DNA of 34,052 nucleotides. Origin: an uncultured virus (IMG/VR IMGVR_UViG_3300023174_000105). Lineage: Duplodnaviria > Heunggongvirae > Uroviricota > Caudoviricetes. How positions within the stretch are numbered: position 1 is the stretch's first letter; the number at the start of each line of letters is the position of its first letter. Below are positions 33,513 to 34,052 of the stretch, one piece after another. The notes under the pieces were generated by a model. It was not told where the DNA came from and made no database searches. It worked only from the letters and a program-made list of their open reading frames with translations. The position numbers and the translations under genes are program-made. The stretch lies in IMG/VR virus record IMGVR_UViG_3300023174_000105, one strand, 5' to 3'.

Positions 33513-33975
33513 TGCAAATTTTTAGACGCGGCACTTACAAGAATTTGCACTTGATTTCGCACTGGCGCAGGGGGTACCTACCCCCTTGCTGCGGTGCAAC
33601 ATCGTGCCAGAATTTATAAGGAAAATTTTGCCTGTGGTGAAAAAACAACGGCAAAAAGTGCAGTGTGGTGAAAAAACAACGGCAAATTTTGCCCTACGGG
33701 TTTACCCTATTAGGGTTTGTCCCTATGTTGTATTTTTGCACCAGGCTTGACACGCTCCGCAAAATTATGGTATAATTTTGGCGCCATATGGTTCCAGAAT
33801 TTATAACGAATTTTTTGACCAGACCCTAGGGTTTCCCCTAGTGTTGTATTTTTGCACAACCCCTTGACACGTTCCCCATTATACTAGTATAATGGGCGCC
33901 GTTTTAAAAAATATAATGATTATATTTTTTAAAACGATTTACATAAAATAAAACCGGCAATTGCCGGTTTTATTA
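33513..33975. repeat. Non-coding block of direct repeats, palindromes and two promoters
   Basis: 23-bp direct repeat at 33633 and 33664; TGTTGTATTTTTGCAC at 33726 and 33842; CCCTA/TAGGG palindromes; long palindromes at about 33900-33937 and 33947-33974. Confidence 0.85.
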
Positions 33976-34052
33976 AACGCCCAATTAAATGGGTTTTGAA
34001 TTAGCCAATGCGTCGAAAATTGCTTTCAATGCCGATTTATTGGCTTTGGTCA

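Noticed and set aside
33600..33900. CRISPR array or mini-array
   Set aside because: Only two copies per repeat, 8-bp gap between the 23-mers, mixed orientations, no cas genes

Overview
This window is a fragment of a lytic T5-like (Demerecviridae-type) phage, probably infecting an aquatic betaproteobacterium (inferred from the tmRNA tag ANDEVFALAA and a DUF3563-like gene). Bases 1-13.1 kb (minus strand) hold the T5-type replication module: D12 nuclease, D11 SSB, D10 helicase, family A DNA polymerase, primase, D6 helicase, D5, split NAD ligase, a PC4-like protein and D3. Bases 13-25.7 kb (minus) are an accessory and tRNA region. It has six tRNAs, a circularly permuted two-piece tmRNA next to a ClpP-like protease, a C5 methyltransferase, a Gly-rich/collagen/fibre operon, rubredoxin, a deaminase, UvdE, Hsp20 with a ROSE-like thermometer, an LMW phosphatase and a dNTP diphosphohydrolase. 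Bases 25.8-32.2 kb (plus) carry a SleB hydrolase, ThyX and many small early ORFs. Bases 32.2-34 kb look like a pre-early or terminal-repeat region. They contain a ~570-nt ORF-free structured transcription unit, an A2-like gene, an unlisted 41-aa peptide ending in an SSB-like DIPF tail, and a dense repeat/palindrome block with ORF-less promoters. All family assignments come from reading motifs by eye; no searches were run.
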